Shown: positions 30,958 through 40,537 of the stretch, in pieces | How positions within the stretch are numbered: position 1 is the first letter of the stretch | How the letters are laid out: each line of letters opens with the position of its first letter | Source: Pseudomonadota bacterium | GTDB lineage: Bacteria; Desulfobacterota; Desulfobacteria; Desulfobacterales; JBDRRP01 | Direction: 5' to 3' | Length of the DNA stretch: 64,000 bases | Assembly: GCA_043825735.1 (NCBI GenBank) | Contig: JBDRRP010000093.1 | Coordinates: 62,001-126,000, forward strand | Notes under the pieces: generated by a model | Databases searched by the model: none | Told to the model about the DNA's origin: nothing | What the model saw: the letters and a program-made list of their open reading frames with translations, nothing else | Translations under genes and position numbers: made by a program

Positions 30958-31148
30958 CCGCTGAAAGTGACAGAATCGACACAATGTCCCGCCCAGATGT
31001 AGACATCGCCGTCAACTGGGCGGCAGTCGATATGGCCCAACGGCATGGTCTGCACGTGATGTTCGAGACCGCCCGCATGTATACGGGTGTCTCTCCCCGG
31101 CTGCCGCTGGACCGGATCTTCGGTGTCACGAGATTTGAGCCGGGGTGA
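30954..31148 (+). pseudogene. Internally deleted GNAT acetyltransferase remnant (N- and C-termini fused)
   Basis: MSRPDVDIAVNWAA joined directly to VMFETARMYTG...LDRIFGVTRFEPG, which resemble the two ends of about 280-aa YitH-like GNATs. Confidence 0.6.
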
Positions 31149-31374
31149 AATCTCCGGAAAGCGCTTGAACCACGGCGTTCACGGAGGGCACGGAGGCTTT
31201 TAAATCAAAATAAAATGCTTTTGTTTTCTCCTTATCCTGTGTGAACTCAGTGGTAATCAAAATGTCATCGGAGCGGGTCCCTCACCATTGTAAAGGGCGC
31301 CGAGCGATGTTAAAGTTCATTTCAGTCTTTGCAAGGGCCACGGCACACACAGCGTTGGCCTGGAAATAACCATC

Positions 31375-32496
31375 ATGGCAAAACTGGTAGGCATATTGAC
31401 GGCCGGCGGCGACAGCCCCGGGTTGAACGCGGCCATCCGGGGCATCGGCAAAGCGGCGCTGGGCTCTTACGGCATGCAGGTCATTGGTTTCCGCGACGGG
31501 TTCCGGGGGCTGCTGGAAAACCGCTTCGAGCAGCTCGACAGCGCCTCGCTCTCGGGGATTCTCACCCGCGGCGGCACCATCCTCGGGACCAGCCGGGAAA
31601 AACCCCACCGCATGCCGGTGGGAAACAAGGTGATGGACATGACCGACGTGATGGTGGCCAACTATCACAACCACCACCTGGATGCCCTGGTCTGTCTGGG
31701 AGGCGGCGGTACGCAGAAAAACGCTTTCCGGCTGATGGAAAAGGGGCTCAATATCGTCACCCTGCCCAAAACCATCGACAACGATGTTTTCGGAACGGAC
31801 GTGACCTTCGGCTTCGACACCGCGCTGAGCATCGCTACGGGCGCCGTCGACCGGCTCCACAGCACCGCGCACAGCCATCACCGCATCGTCGTGGTTGAAA
31901 TCATGGGGCACCGCACCGGATGGCTCGCACTGGGCGCCGGCGTCGCCGGCGGCGCGGATGTCATCCTCATCCCGGAGATCCCCTACGACGTCAAGCGGAT
32001 CGTCGAAGCCATCCGCCGCCGACGCCATAGCGGAAAAAATTTCAGCATCGTGGCCGTCTCCGAGGGGGCCATGTCCATCGATGAACACACCGCCATGATG
32101 AAGGCCATCGAGAAGAAAAAAACCGCCAAAACCGAAAAACTCAAGACCAAAGCCAAGGCTGAGCTGGCCCAGATCATTGCGCACCAGTCCGACAGCACCA
32201 TCCGATTGTCCAAACAATTAGAGGCGCTGACCGGTCTGGAGTCTCGCGTGACCATCCTGGGATATCTTCAGCGCGGGGGCACGCCGTCGGCCGCCGACCG
32301 CCTGCTCGCCACCCGCTTGGGGACCGCCTGCGCGGCCCTTGTCAACGAGGGCCGCAGCGGGATCATGGTAGCCGCCCGGGGTGATGCCGCCGTGCCGGTG
32401 CCACTGAAGGAAATCGTGGGCAAACGCAAATCGGTGCCGCTGGATCACCCGTGGATTGAATCGGCCCGGCGGGTTGGTACCCATATGGGAGACTGA
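31375..32496 (+). CDS. pfkA: 6-phosphofructokinase (PfkA family)
   Basis: [43 protein letters not shown]. Confidence 0.93.
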   Translation: MAKLVGILTAGGDSPGLNAAIRGIGKAALGSYGMQVIGFRDGFRGLLENRFEQLDSASLSGILTRGGTILGTSREKPHRMPVGNKVMDMTDVMVANYHNHHLDALVCLGGGGTQKNAFRLMEKGLNIVTLPKTIDNDVFGTDVTFGFDTALSIATGAVDRLHSTAHSHHRIVVVEIMGHRTGWLALGAGVAGGADVILIPEIPYDVKRIVEAIRRRRHSGKNFSIVAVSEGAMSIDEHTAMMKAIEKKKTAKTEKLKTKAKAELAQIIAHQSDSTIRLSKQLEALTGLESRVTILGYLQRGGTPSAADRLLATRLGTACAALVNEGRSGIMVAARGDAAVPVPLKEIVGKRKSVPLDHPWIESARRVGTHMGD

Positions 32497-32559
32497 CCAT
32501 TGCACCCGCCGCCGTGCAACGCGCTGACGGCCAAGGCGAACAGATCGATCGCAGATGAT

Positions 32560-32982
32560 AGAACAAATACGTAAAAAGTCCCGGAAACCGTCCCCGCGGC
32601 GACCGCCGGGGTTCAGAAGTGCTTAAAGTCACTGGATTTCGGATCTCGCTTCACTCGTCCGGAATGACGAAAAAGAAAAAACCGACTTTTTGCGTGGCCA
32701 TCAAAATTGACAAACTCGTAAAAAGTCTGAAATCACCACAGAGGACGCAGAGAGCGCAGAGATAACTTATTAATTATTCATAATATTCTCTGCGGTCTCT
32801 GTGGTTAAAAATCACTTTTTACGGTTTCATCAAAATTGACAGTCCCGTAAAAAGTCCAAAAAGCCGTCACCCCGGTGAAGGCCGGGGTCCAGAAGTGTTT
32901 GAAATCACTGGATCCCGGATCTCGTTTCGCTCGTCCGGGATGACGAAAAAAGAAAAAACCGACTTTTTGTGTGGCCATCAAA
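32560..32982. mobile_element. Head-to-tail array of three MITE units sharing one TIR
   Basis: Units about 32560-32704, 32707-32833 and 32836-32981, each CGTAAAAAGTC...ACTTTTT, joined by CATCAAAATTGA. Confidence 0.78.
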
Positions 32983-33021
32983 ATTAGATATCCGACAAAC
33001 TCTGACCACTGGATGTGCAAG

Positions 33022-33402
33022 ATGACAGATAGACCGCCCCCACCTGACGCGCGCAAGGCGCAAATCGTTGCCGCCGCCCGCCGCTCCAGCACGGAGCGCG
33101 AAGGCACCTACCGGGACCGCGCCCTGAAACTGTTCCCCCACATCTGCGCCCGCTGCCAGCGGGAATTCGAAGGCAAGCGCCTGCGGGAGCTCACCGTCCA
33201 TCACAAGGACCACAACCACGACTACAATCCCCCGGACGGCAGCAACTGGGAGTTGCTGTGCCTCTATTGCCACGATGAGGAGCACGAGCGGTTTAAGACC
33301 GCCGTAGCCTACGGCCCGGGGGGTGCCCGCGAAACCACAGCGCCGTCCGGCGGCAATCTGGCATTTGCCGACCTGGCCAAACTCCTTGAAGGCAAGAAAT
33401 AA
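33022..33402 (+). CDS. yajD: YajD-family HNH nuclease
   Basis: YRDRALKLFPHICARC...LTVHHKDHNHDYNPPDGSNWELLCLYCHDEEH. Confidence 0.88.
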   Translation: MTDRPPPPDARKAQIVAAARRSSTEREGTYRDRALKLFPHICARCQREFEGKRLRELTVHHKDHNHDYNPPDGSNWELLCLYCHDEEHERFKTAVAYGPGGARETTAPSGGNLAFADLAKLLEGKK

Positions 33403-33757
33403 CCCTCCGCCGGCCCCATTCCGCCATGATCTGCGCGCCGCCTCTGATAGCGCCGCCGGCTGTTGGTTTTAGGACTTGTCAGAATAATGTTCCGTTTCAT
33501 AGGCAAGACCCTCTCGGGATCGGGATCCAAATCGAGGTTTTCTGCGGTCGGAAGCGATAGCGATGGCCAGCCGGAGGCGTTGCGCAAATGGAACGGTTTT
33601 ATCACAGTGGCTCTAACGCGCGCTCAGGTCTTCGAAAAACGGTGCTCAACAATAGACAAGGCAATCTGGCCTGTGGTATGCCCGCACAGGGGGAGTACAT
33701 GATACAACGCATCAAAACCGCGGCAGCCACTGCCGCCCACAAGGGGGAGGACGCTTC

Positions 33758-35551
33758 ATGAAGTTTATCGATTATCCGAACATGTACGCCATGCTCAAGA
33801 CCACCGTCGACAAATACCGGGAGGCCGCAGCCTACCGTTGGTTCGTCGGGCCGGGGCAAACCGAATCGGTCACCTGGGGGCAGTTCCATGACCAGGTCCG
33901 CCAGGTGGGCAAGTCACTGATCGCGCTGGGGGTTGAAAAAAACGACAAGGTCAACATTCTCAGCTATTCCCGCTACCGCTGGGTGCTCTGCGATATGGGC
34001 GTCACCGCTATCGGCGCGGTGACGGTGGGCATCTACCAGTCCAACCTGCCAAAAGACGTGCGCTACATCGTCGACCACTCGGATGCCGTCGTCGTCTTTG
34101 CAGAAGACAACGTCCAACTGGCCAAACTCATGCAGATCCGCGCCGACATCCCGGATGTCCGCAAGGTGATCCTGTTCAGCGGCGATGTGCCTGCAGATGA
34201 CTGGGTCATCAGTTTCGAGGATTTTCTTTCCCTGGGAAAAGACGTGACAGCGGCCGATTTCGATGCCCGCGCCGCGGCCGTCACCCCCCAGGACCCGGCC
34301 GGCATTGTCTACACCTCCGGCACCACCGGTGTGCCCAAGGGCGCGGTCCTCACCCACGACAACATCACCTTCACGGCCCAGTCCGTCATGGGCAGCACCA
34401 CCATCAATGAAGGCGAAGAGGTCTTTCTGTTCCTTCCCCTGGCCCATGTCTTTGCCCGCACCTGCGTCTACGCCACCCTTTTGGCCGGATGCGCCACGAC
34501 GTTCACCCGCAGCATGGATACCATCGTGGAAGACATTCAGTTTACCCGCCCCCACTGGTTCGCCAGCGTGCCCCGGATCTACGAAAAGGTCTACTCCAAG
34601 GTCATCAGCGGCGCCGAGGCCAAAGGCGGGGCGGCGCTGAAGATTTTCCGGTGGGCCTGTGCGGTGGGCGAGCAGGTCAGCGACTTGAAGCTCAAAAAAC
34701 AGCCCATCCCCTTCGGGCTCGGCCTCAAGTACGCCCTGGCCACCAAGCTGGTCTTCAGCAAGGTTCAGGCGGCGCTGGGCGGCCGGGTCAAATGGTGTAT
34801 CAGCGGAGCGGCGCCGATCAATCCCGCCATCGCCAAGTTCTTTCACGCCGCAGGCATTCTGATCCTGGAAGGCATCGGCATGACTGAAAACACGTCTTTC
34901 ACGAACCTCAACCGGTTCGACAACTACCGTTTCGGCTGGGTGGGGCAGCCGGGACCCGGCATCGAGCAGAAAACCGGCCCTGACGGCGAAGTATTGTACC
35001 GCGGCCGCAACGTCATGAAGGAATACTACAAAATGCCCGAGGAGACCGCCGCCACCATCACCGCCGACGGATGGCAGCACACCGGCGATCTGGGTGAAAT
35101 CGACAGCGAGAACTTCCTGCGCATCACGGGCCGAAAAAAAGACCTCATCATCACCGCCGGCGGCAAGAACATCGCCCCATCGGCCATCGAGGGGGTGATC
35201 GCCACATCCAAATACATCAACCAGATCTGCGTCATCGGCGACAAGCGAAAATTCTTGAGCGCCCTGGTCACCCTGGATCCGGACAATGTCAAAGACTGGG
35301 CCACCGCTGAAGGCATCGCTTTCGGATCCATTGACGATCTGATGAAAAACGACAAGGTACAGGCCATGATCGAAAAAGAGGTGGCGGAAAAAAACAAAGA
35401 ATTCGCCAGTTTCGAATCGATCAAGAAAATCACCATCGTGCCTGAATTCACCATCGAAAACGGGATGCTGACCCCGACCATGAAGCTGAAGAAAAATATC
35501 GCGATCGCCAAGTTCGAAGATGCCATCAACGCGATGTACCCCGACGCATAA
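33758..35551 (+). CDS. Long-chain fatty acid-CoA ligase (AMP-binding)
   Basis: YTSGTTGVPKG, GIGMTE, HTGDLG, RKKDLIITAGGKN, LTPTMKLK. Confidence 0.93.
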   Translation: MKFIDYPNMYAMLKTTVDKYREAAAYRWFVGPGQTESVTWGQFHDQVRQVGKSLIALGVEKNDKVNILSYSRYRWVLCDMGVTAIGAVTVGIYQSNLPKDVRYIVDHSDAVVVFAEDNVQLAKLMQIRADIPDVRKVILFSGDVPADDWVISFEDFLSLGKDVTAADFDARAAAVTPQDPAGIVYTSGTTGVPKGAVLTHDNITFTAQSVMGSTTINEGEEVFLFLPLAHVFARTCVYATLLAGCATTFTRSMDTIVEDIQFTRPHWFASVPRIYEKVYSKVISGAEAKGGAALKIFRWACAVGEQVSDLKLKKQPIPFGLGLKYALATKLVFSKVQAALGGRVKWCISGAAPINPAIAKFFHAAGILILEGIGMTENTSFTNLNRFDNYRFGWVGQPGPGIEQKTGPDGEVLYRGRNVMKEYYKMPEETAATITADGWQHTGDLGEIDSENFLRITGRKKDLIITAGGKNIAPSAIEGVIATSKYINQICVIGDKRKFLSALVTLDPDNVKDWATAEGIAFGSIDDLMKNDKVQAMIEKEVAEKNKEFASFESIKKITIVPEFTIENGMLTPTMKLKKNIAIAKFEDAINAMYPDA

Positions 35552-35560
35552 TCCGCACCG

Positions 35561-35596
35561 GCGGCCCGGGGTCCGGAATGGGCCCCGGGCCGCTTT
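35561..35596 (+). terminator. GC-rich hairpin, probable terminator
   Basis: GCGGCCCGGGGTCC-ggaat-GGGCCCCGGGCCGC-TTT directly after stop; short U tract. Confidence 0.6.
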
Positions 35597-35824
35597 CCAA
35601 CCCTTGAGCACAACTGATCAAAAAATCATATCTCTGAGGACTTCACGGCGCACACGGAGGTTTTTTTACCCAAAAAGTATATATCTCGCGCAGAGACGCG
35701 GAGACGCAGAGAACTGCGAAAGCGGTTTTATTTTCCTCGCTTGCCTCGATGGCGCGATTGTGCCAAAAACCCCCTTTGCATGGCTGTTTTGACAACTGTT
35801 ACGAAACGCTCGCGAGGAAAAATT

Positions 35825-36943
35825 ATGAAAGGCACCCCCGTCATCCCCCCGGTATGCCTCAGCGCCACCTATAAGTTCGATTCCTCCGCCGATCTCATCG
35901 ACGTCGTCCAACACCGCACCGGCTACATTTATTCCCGCTGGGACAACCCCACTGTGGTGGCCGTGGAAACGGCGCTGGCCGCCATGGAAGACTATGATCA
36001 CGCCATCGGCTTCGGCTCGGGCATGGCCGCCATCACCACGGGACTCATGGCGCACGTGAAAGCCGGCGATCGCATCCTGGCACCCCGGGAACTTTACGGC
36101 GGCACCTACGAGCTTCTGAGCACCGTCTTCAAGCGGCTGGGCGTGACCACCACGTTCGTCAACTGCGACGACACCGCCGGCATGCTGGCGGCCATTGCCG
36201 AAGGGCCGGCCGTCGTGTATTTGGAATCGCCCACCAATCCGCTGCTGCGCGTGGTGGATATCGCACTGATCGCCCATGCCGCACGCGCCCAGGGGGCGCT
36301 GGTCATGCTTGACGGCACCTTCGCCTCTCCCGTCAATCAGCATCCGGTGGATCTGGGGGTGGACGTGGTGATCCACAGCGCCACCAAGTACCTTGCAGGT
36401 CACCACGACGTCACGGCCGGATTCGTCTGCTGCAACGCAGCCCACTTCGGCCCGATCTGGACCTATCGAAAAATTCTGGGCGGCATCATGGACCCCATGA
36501 GCGCCTTTTTGACCCAACGCGGTCTTCAGACCCTCGAGCTGCGGGTGACGCGGCAAAACGAGAACGCCATGACCATCGCCGAATTCCTGGACGGGCACCC
36601 CAAGATCAGCGCCGTCCACTATCCCGGGTTGCCCGCCCACCCGGACCACAAGATCGCGACCCGCCAGATGTCCGGCTTCGGGGGCATGCTCAGCTTTGAA
36701 GTCGCCGCCGGTTTCGAGGGTACCGTTGCGGTCATGGATCGATTGAAAAAAATCAAGCTCGCCACCAGCCTGGGCGGTGTCAGCACGCTGGCCAACCAGC
36801 CCATCACCAACACCCACGCCGCCCTCAACCCAGAAGACCGGGCCAAAGCCGGCGTCAAGGAAAACCTCGTGCGTCTCTCGGTGGGGGTGGAGCCCCCGGT
36901 CGATCTCATCGCCGATCTGGATCAGGCCCTGGCAGCCGTGTGA
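35825..36943 (+). CDS. Cys/Met metabolism PLP-dependent enzyme (cystathionine gamma-synthase / methionine gamma-lyase family)
   Basis: YSRWDNPT, SGMAAI, ESPTNP, HSATKYLAGH, SLGGV, RLSVGVE. Confidence 0.92.
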   Translation: MKGTPVIPPVCLSATYKFDSSADLIDVVQHRTGYIYSRWDNPTVVAVETALAAMEDYDHAIGFGSGMAAITTGLMAHVKAGDRILAPRELYGGTYELLSTVFKRLGVTTTFVNCDDTAGMLAAIAEGPAVVYLESPTNPLLRVVDIALIAHAARAQGALVMLDGTFASPVNQHPVDLGVDVVIHSATKYLAGHHDVTAGFVCCNAAHFGPIWTYRKILGGIMDPMSAFLTQRGLQTLELRVTRQNENAMTIAEFLDGHPKISAVHYPGLPAHPDHKIATRQMSGFGGMLSFEVAAGFEGTVAVMDRLKKIKLATSLGGVSTLANQPITNTHAALNPEDRAKAGVKENLVRLSVGVEPPVDLIADLDQALAAV

Positions 36944-38121
36944 CGCCGCCATTTCCAAAACCACCGGTGTGGATCCTGCCGGTGATCGTCGTGGCCCAGT
37001 TTGCCGGCACCTCGCTGTGGTTTTCGGCCAACGCCGTTTTGGCCGACTTGGGCAGCCGGTGGGTCGTGGATCCCGGCGCCCTGGGCAGCGTCACCGCCGC
37101 GGTGCAGTTCGGGTTCATCGCTGGCACCCTGATGTTCGCCGTCTTTGGCATCGCCGACCGGTTCCCGGCGCGGTGGGTGTTTTGCTGCTGCGCGCTCGCC
37201 GGGGCGCTGCTGAATCTGTGGGTCATGCTCGGATCGGGCGGCACCGGCGCGCTGATGGCGCTGCGGGCCGCCACCGGCATCTGTCTGGCAGGCATTTATC
37301 CCGTCGGCATGAAAATCGCCTCTGGCTGGTATCGGCGCGGCCTGGGCCGCGCCCTCGGCTGGTTGATCGGCGCGCTTGTGCTGGGCACGGCCGCGCCGCA
37401 CCTGGTGCGGGCTCTGGGCGCCGCCCTGCCATGGGAAAGCGTTTTGGGTATCACATCGGCCGCAGCAGCCGCAGGTGGGCTCCTGCTGCTGTTCCTGGTG
37501 CCCGACGGCCCGCATCTGCCGCCGCCGGCCCCTTTCAAACCGCGGGCACTGCTCGCCGTCTTCACCTCGCCCCCCCTGCGGTCAGCGGCGCTCGGATACT
37601 TCGGCCACATGTGGGAGCTTTACACCCTGTGGGCCTTCGTCCCGATGTCGCTGACAGCCTACAGCGCCCTTCACCCGGGCGCCATATCGAATCTCTCCGG
37701 CTGGTCTTTCGCCGTCGTCGCCGCCGGCACGCTCGGATGCATCGGCGGCGGCACCGTATCTCAAAAAACCGACAGCGCCAGGATCGCCGCTGTCTTTCTC
37801 GCGGCATCCGGCCTGTGCTGCCTGCTGTCCCCGCTCCTGTTTCAAGCCCCGCCCGCCTTGTTTCTGGCCGCCATGCTGCTCTGGGGCGCAGCCGTGGTGG
37901 GCGACTCTCCGCAGTTTTCTACCGTCATCGCCCGCAGTGCCTCACCGGCGCTGGTGGGCTCCACGCTGACTATCGTCAACAGCATCGGCTTTGCCATCAC
38001 CATCCCGAGCATGCTGCTGCTGGAGTGGGCGAGCCGGCAGATCCCCGTGCCGTATCTGTTCCTCCTCCTGGCCCCGGGGCCGCTGATCGGTCTGGCGGGG
38101 ATAGTGCGCGGTAGTAGTTGA
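36940..38121 (+). CDS. MFS transporter
   Basis: About 12 hydrophobic segments; TSLWFS, YPVGMKIA, YFGHMWELY, DSPQFS; GTGA overlap with upstream stop. Confidence 0.88.
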   Translation: MTPPFPKPPVWILPVIVVAQFAGTSLWFSANAVLADLGSRWVVDPGALGSVTAAVQFGFIAGTLMFAVFGIADRFPARWVFCCCALAGALLNLWVMLGSGGTGALMALRAATGICLAGIYPVGMKIASGWYRRGLGRALGWLIGALVLGTAAPHLVRALGAALPWESVLGITSAAAAAGGLLLLFLVPDGPHLPPPAPFKPRALLAVFTSPPLRSAALGYFGHMWELYTLWAFVPMSLTAYSALHPGAISNLSGWSFAVVAAGTLGCIGGGTVSQKTDSARIAAVFLAASGLCCLLSPLLFQAPPALFLAAMLLWGAAVVGDSPQFSTVIARSASPALVGSTLTIVNSIGFAITIPSMLLLEWASRQIPVPYLFLLLAPGPLIGLAGIVRGSS

Positions 38122-38295
38122 CAACACAAGCACGGGCACCTTCAAGCAAACCAATTCGACGAAAATCGGAGCTTCATAGAGAAGCGTATTTGATTTTTTG
38201 TTTCATGATTCAAATATATCGGACAAATCACGGACTGTCGCCACTGAACTTAAGCCACGAAGCGGGCAACCAGAGCCTTCACCAGTCCCGTGCAT

Positions 38296-38517
38296 TCACT
38301 TGTTGGGCGGTGTGTTGCTATTTGAGACAACCTCCGGAACGAAAAACCAGCGCATGGCGCTTTCGAAGTCTGTGAAGGTTTCAACGGAGAAGCCTTGGTT
38401 ATAGGCGCATGTTTCAAGGAACGAAGCTTTATTGAAGTCGTGTCCCGGAGCAAGTAGAAGAGCCACTTTCCTGGCGTTTCTGGATTTTTCAAGAACCATT
38501 TTTGAGAACGTCTCCAA
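38296..38517 (-). CDS. Short hypothetical protein or remnant (STAS/SpoIIAA-like C-terminus)
   Basis: KVALLL...FLETCAYNQGFSVETFTDFESAMRWF; no convincing start codon. Confidence 0.4.
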   Translation of the reverse strand: METFSKMVLEKSRNARKVALLLAPGHDFNKASFLETCAYNQGFSVETFTDFESAMRWFFVPEVVSNSNTPPNK

Positions 38518-38705
38518 CGCTCCAAAACGGTCATATACAACCGTCGGTTAAATATGACCTTCTTTTTTTACCGCTCAATGGCCGTCCTGCAGATGCTTTG
38601 TATATCAATTATCGATAAATATCAGGCTGATGTGTGACATGGCGAAGGGTGCAGCAAACCTGGCATAAAGATTGAAAAGTCAAAGCGTTAAAAGGACGAA
38701 CCACC

Positions 38706-39194
38706 ATGAAAAGGTTTAAAATTATTACCGGCACAGTAATTCTTCTGGGCATCGTGCTCATCGGATGGTGGTTCTTCAGTCGCCCGGAACGCGGGACCAC
38801 CGGTTCGATCAGCACGAATTTTCGATGGCTCGGCCCCAACGATAAGATCGTGGTGGACGGTTTCGATGACCCCAAAGTCCAGGGTGTCGCCTGCCACATC
38901 TCCCGGGCCCAGACCGGTGGCGTGAAAGGCGCCATAGGCGTAGCGGAGGATACGAGTGACGCAAGCATCGCCTGCCGCCAGATCGGACCGATTAAGATCA
39001 TTAGCGAGATCAAGGATGGCGAGCGCGTCTTCGACGAACAGCGCAGCCTCGTGTTCAAGACGCTTCAGGTCGTGCGCTTTTTCGACCCTGCGCGCAATGT
39101 GCTGGTCTACGTGTCTTACAGCGATCGGGTCATTGAGGGCAGTCCAAAAAACAGCATCAGCACGGTGCCGATCATGCGTTGGCCGGGACAATAG
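38706..39194 (+). CDS. creA: CreA family protein
   Basis: FDDPKVQGVACHISRAQTGG, EDTSDASIACRQIGPI, SLVFKTL, YSDRVIEGSPKNSIS. Confidence 0.9.
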   Translation: MKRFKIITGTVILLGIVLIGWWFFSRPERGTTGSISTNFRWLGPNDKIVVDGFDDPKVQGVACHISRAQTGGVKGAIGVAEDTSDASIACRQIGPIKIISEIKDGERVFDEQRSLVFKTLQVVRFFDPARNVLVYVSYSDRVIEGSPKNSISTVPIMRWPGQ

Positions 39195-39474
39195 TTTCCG
39201 TTAAATGCCGTCGTGCCGGCCGTGGTCCATAAGCAAGAATGAAACGCGCAGATCATTTTGCTCAAAGCTAAGGCGAAGACCGCTAAAGCCGACGCGAAAG
39301 GGGCATGGGATGACGTCAGGGCATTCTTTCACAATGCGATCTTAAAGTTCAAATGAGCCTGATCGATCAACCCATCGGTCTGGCCTTAAGCGCCCTTCCT
39401 ACATTGGAGAAACATCGTCATTTACGCCATTTTAATCATTCAACTATCAAGATCGATAAAACATAGGAGGCGCC

Positions 39475-39642
39475 ATGATTCTTAAAAAATTACTTCTGAT
39501 TATCGTCTTAATGCTATCCACATTTGCATTTACCGCCTGTGAATCCAAAGGGCCTGCAGAAAAAGTCGGTGAAAAAATCGACCAGGCCGTGGAAAAAACG
39601 ACCGATAAAGTTAAAGAGGCCACCGAAGCCGTAAAAGATTAA
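39475..39642 (+). CDS. Small lipoprotein, 55 aa (below ORF track cutoff)
   Basis: AGGAGG RBS; MILKKLLLIIVLMLSTFAFTA-C-ESKGPAEKVGEKIDQAVEKTTDKVKEATEAVKD; lipobox FTAC. Confidence 0.85.
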   Translation: MILKKLLLIIVLMLSTFAFTACESKGPAEKVGEKIDQAVEKTTDKVKEATEAVKD

Positions 39643-39665
39643 CCCAACGTCACAAGGATTTTAAG

Positions 39666-39986
39666 ATGGTGAAACGAACACTGATGATGTCTGCCTTAGC
39701 CGTTGTCTTTTCTTTGTTTATTGGATTCGCCCTCTACGCTGATCAGGACGGACAAATCTACGGTAGCCAACTCATGACGCAACAAGAGCGAACTGAGTAT
39801 CACACAAAAATGGGTGCCGCAAAAACTGCCCAAGAACAAGAGCAAATCCGACAGGAGCATCACGAGCAGATGCAAAAGCGAGCCAATGAGCGCGGTGCAA
39901 CACTGCCCAACGAGACACCTGGTAGAGGGAGCGGTATGGGTCCCGGTGGTGGCGGTATGGGTCAAAGTGGTGGTCGTGGCCAATGA
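39666..39986 (+). CDS. Exported Gln/Gly-rich hypothetical protein
   Basis: Signal peptide ending ALYA, IYGSQLMTQQERTEY, HHEQMQKRA, GMG-rich tail. Confidence 0.75.
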   Translation: MVKRTLMMSALAVVFSLFIGFALYADQDGQIYGSQLMTQQERTEYHTKMGAAKTAQEQEQIRQEHHEQMQKRANERGATLPNETPGRGSGMGPGGGGMGQSGGRGQ

Positions 39987-40196
39987 CATCGCGTCGGGCA
40001 GCCTGAGGGCTGTTGCCAACCCCAGACCCCCCAAAAACCGAGAGATGATTAGTAGCGTAGAGGAATAAAGATTCCTGAGAAATAAGTGCCATTTTCTTCG
40101 GTGCATCCCTGTTAATCTTGCCCTTTCACCATTGCTTTTAACTTTTTTGCGTGCCCCATCTCACGACAGATAGCCATACCGTTTCCCGTGCCAGGC

Positions 40197-40503
40197 TTGT
40201 GGATTTCATCTACTTTATCATTTACTACCCAAAGCACCAATTGCCGCTGAATGATACCGATCGGGCTCATAAGCGTGTGAGCGAGGTCTGCGAAATCGAA
40301 GGCGTTGACGCGGCACATCCGAGAAGCGGCAACCGGAGACGGGGCGCTTTGCCGTGCGCGCACAACTATCTGTCGAGTTGACTGGAAAAGGGGGGCCTGT
40401 GACTGGCCGAGACAGCCAGACAGCTTGATATCTCTACTTCGGCTATCGCGAAATTCATTACAAGAAGTCACTCAGTGAATATAGTCCACAACTTTCCTTA
40501 AAA
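40197..40503 (+). mobile_element. Non-autonomous element copy 1 with decayed transposase C-terminal HTH tail
   Basis: About 300-bp near-identical repeat of 42132-42431; reads VCEIEGVD..RSGNRR.. and LAETARQLDISTSAIAK; ends ATAGTCCACAAC. Confidence 0.7.
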
Positions 40504-40537
40504 CCTCAAGTATTTATCCGGCGGGATTGATGGGGCC

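Noticed and set aside
32560..32982. CRISPR-like repeat-spacer array
   Set aside because: Units are 125-145 bp with inverted ends and interiors repeated elsewhere; no cas genes
33022..33402. HNH nuclease beside MITEs as a mobility or defence enzyme
   Set aside because: Sequence fits the widespread stand-alone YajD family; adjacency is probably incidental
33667..33681. Sigma54-like GG-N10-GC upstream of the acyl-CoA ligase (also TGGCAT-N5-TTGA at 38661 before creA)
   Set aside because: Only partial consensus and no supporting enhancer evidence
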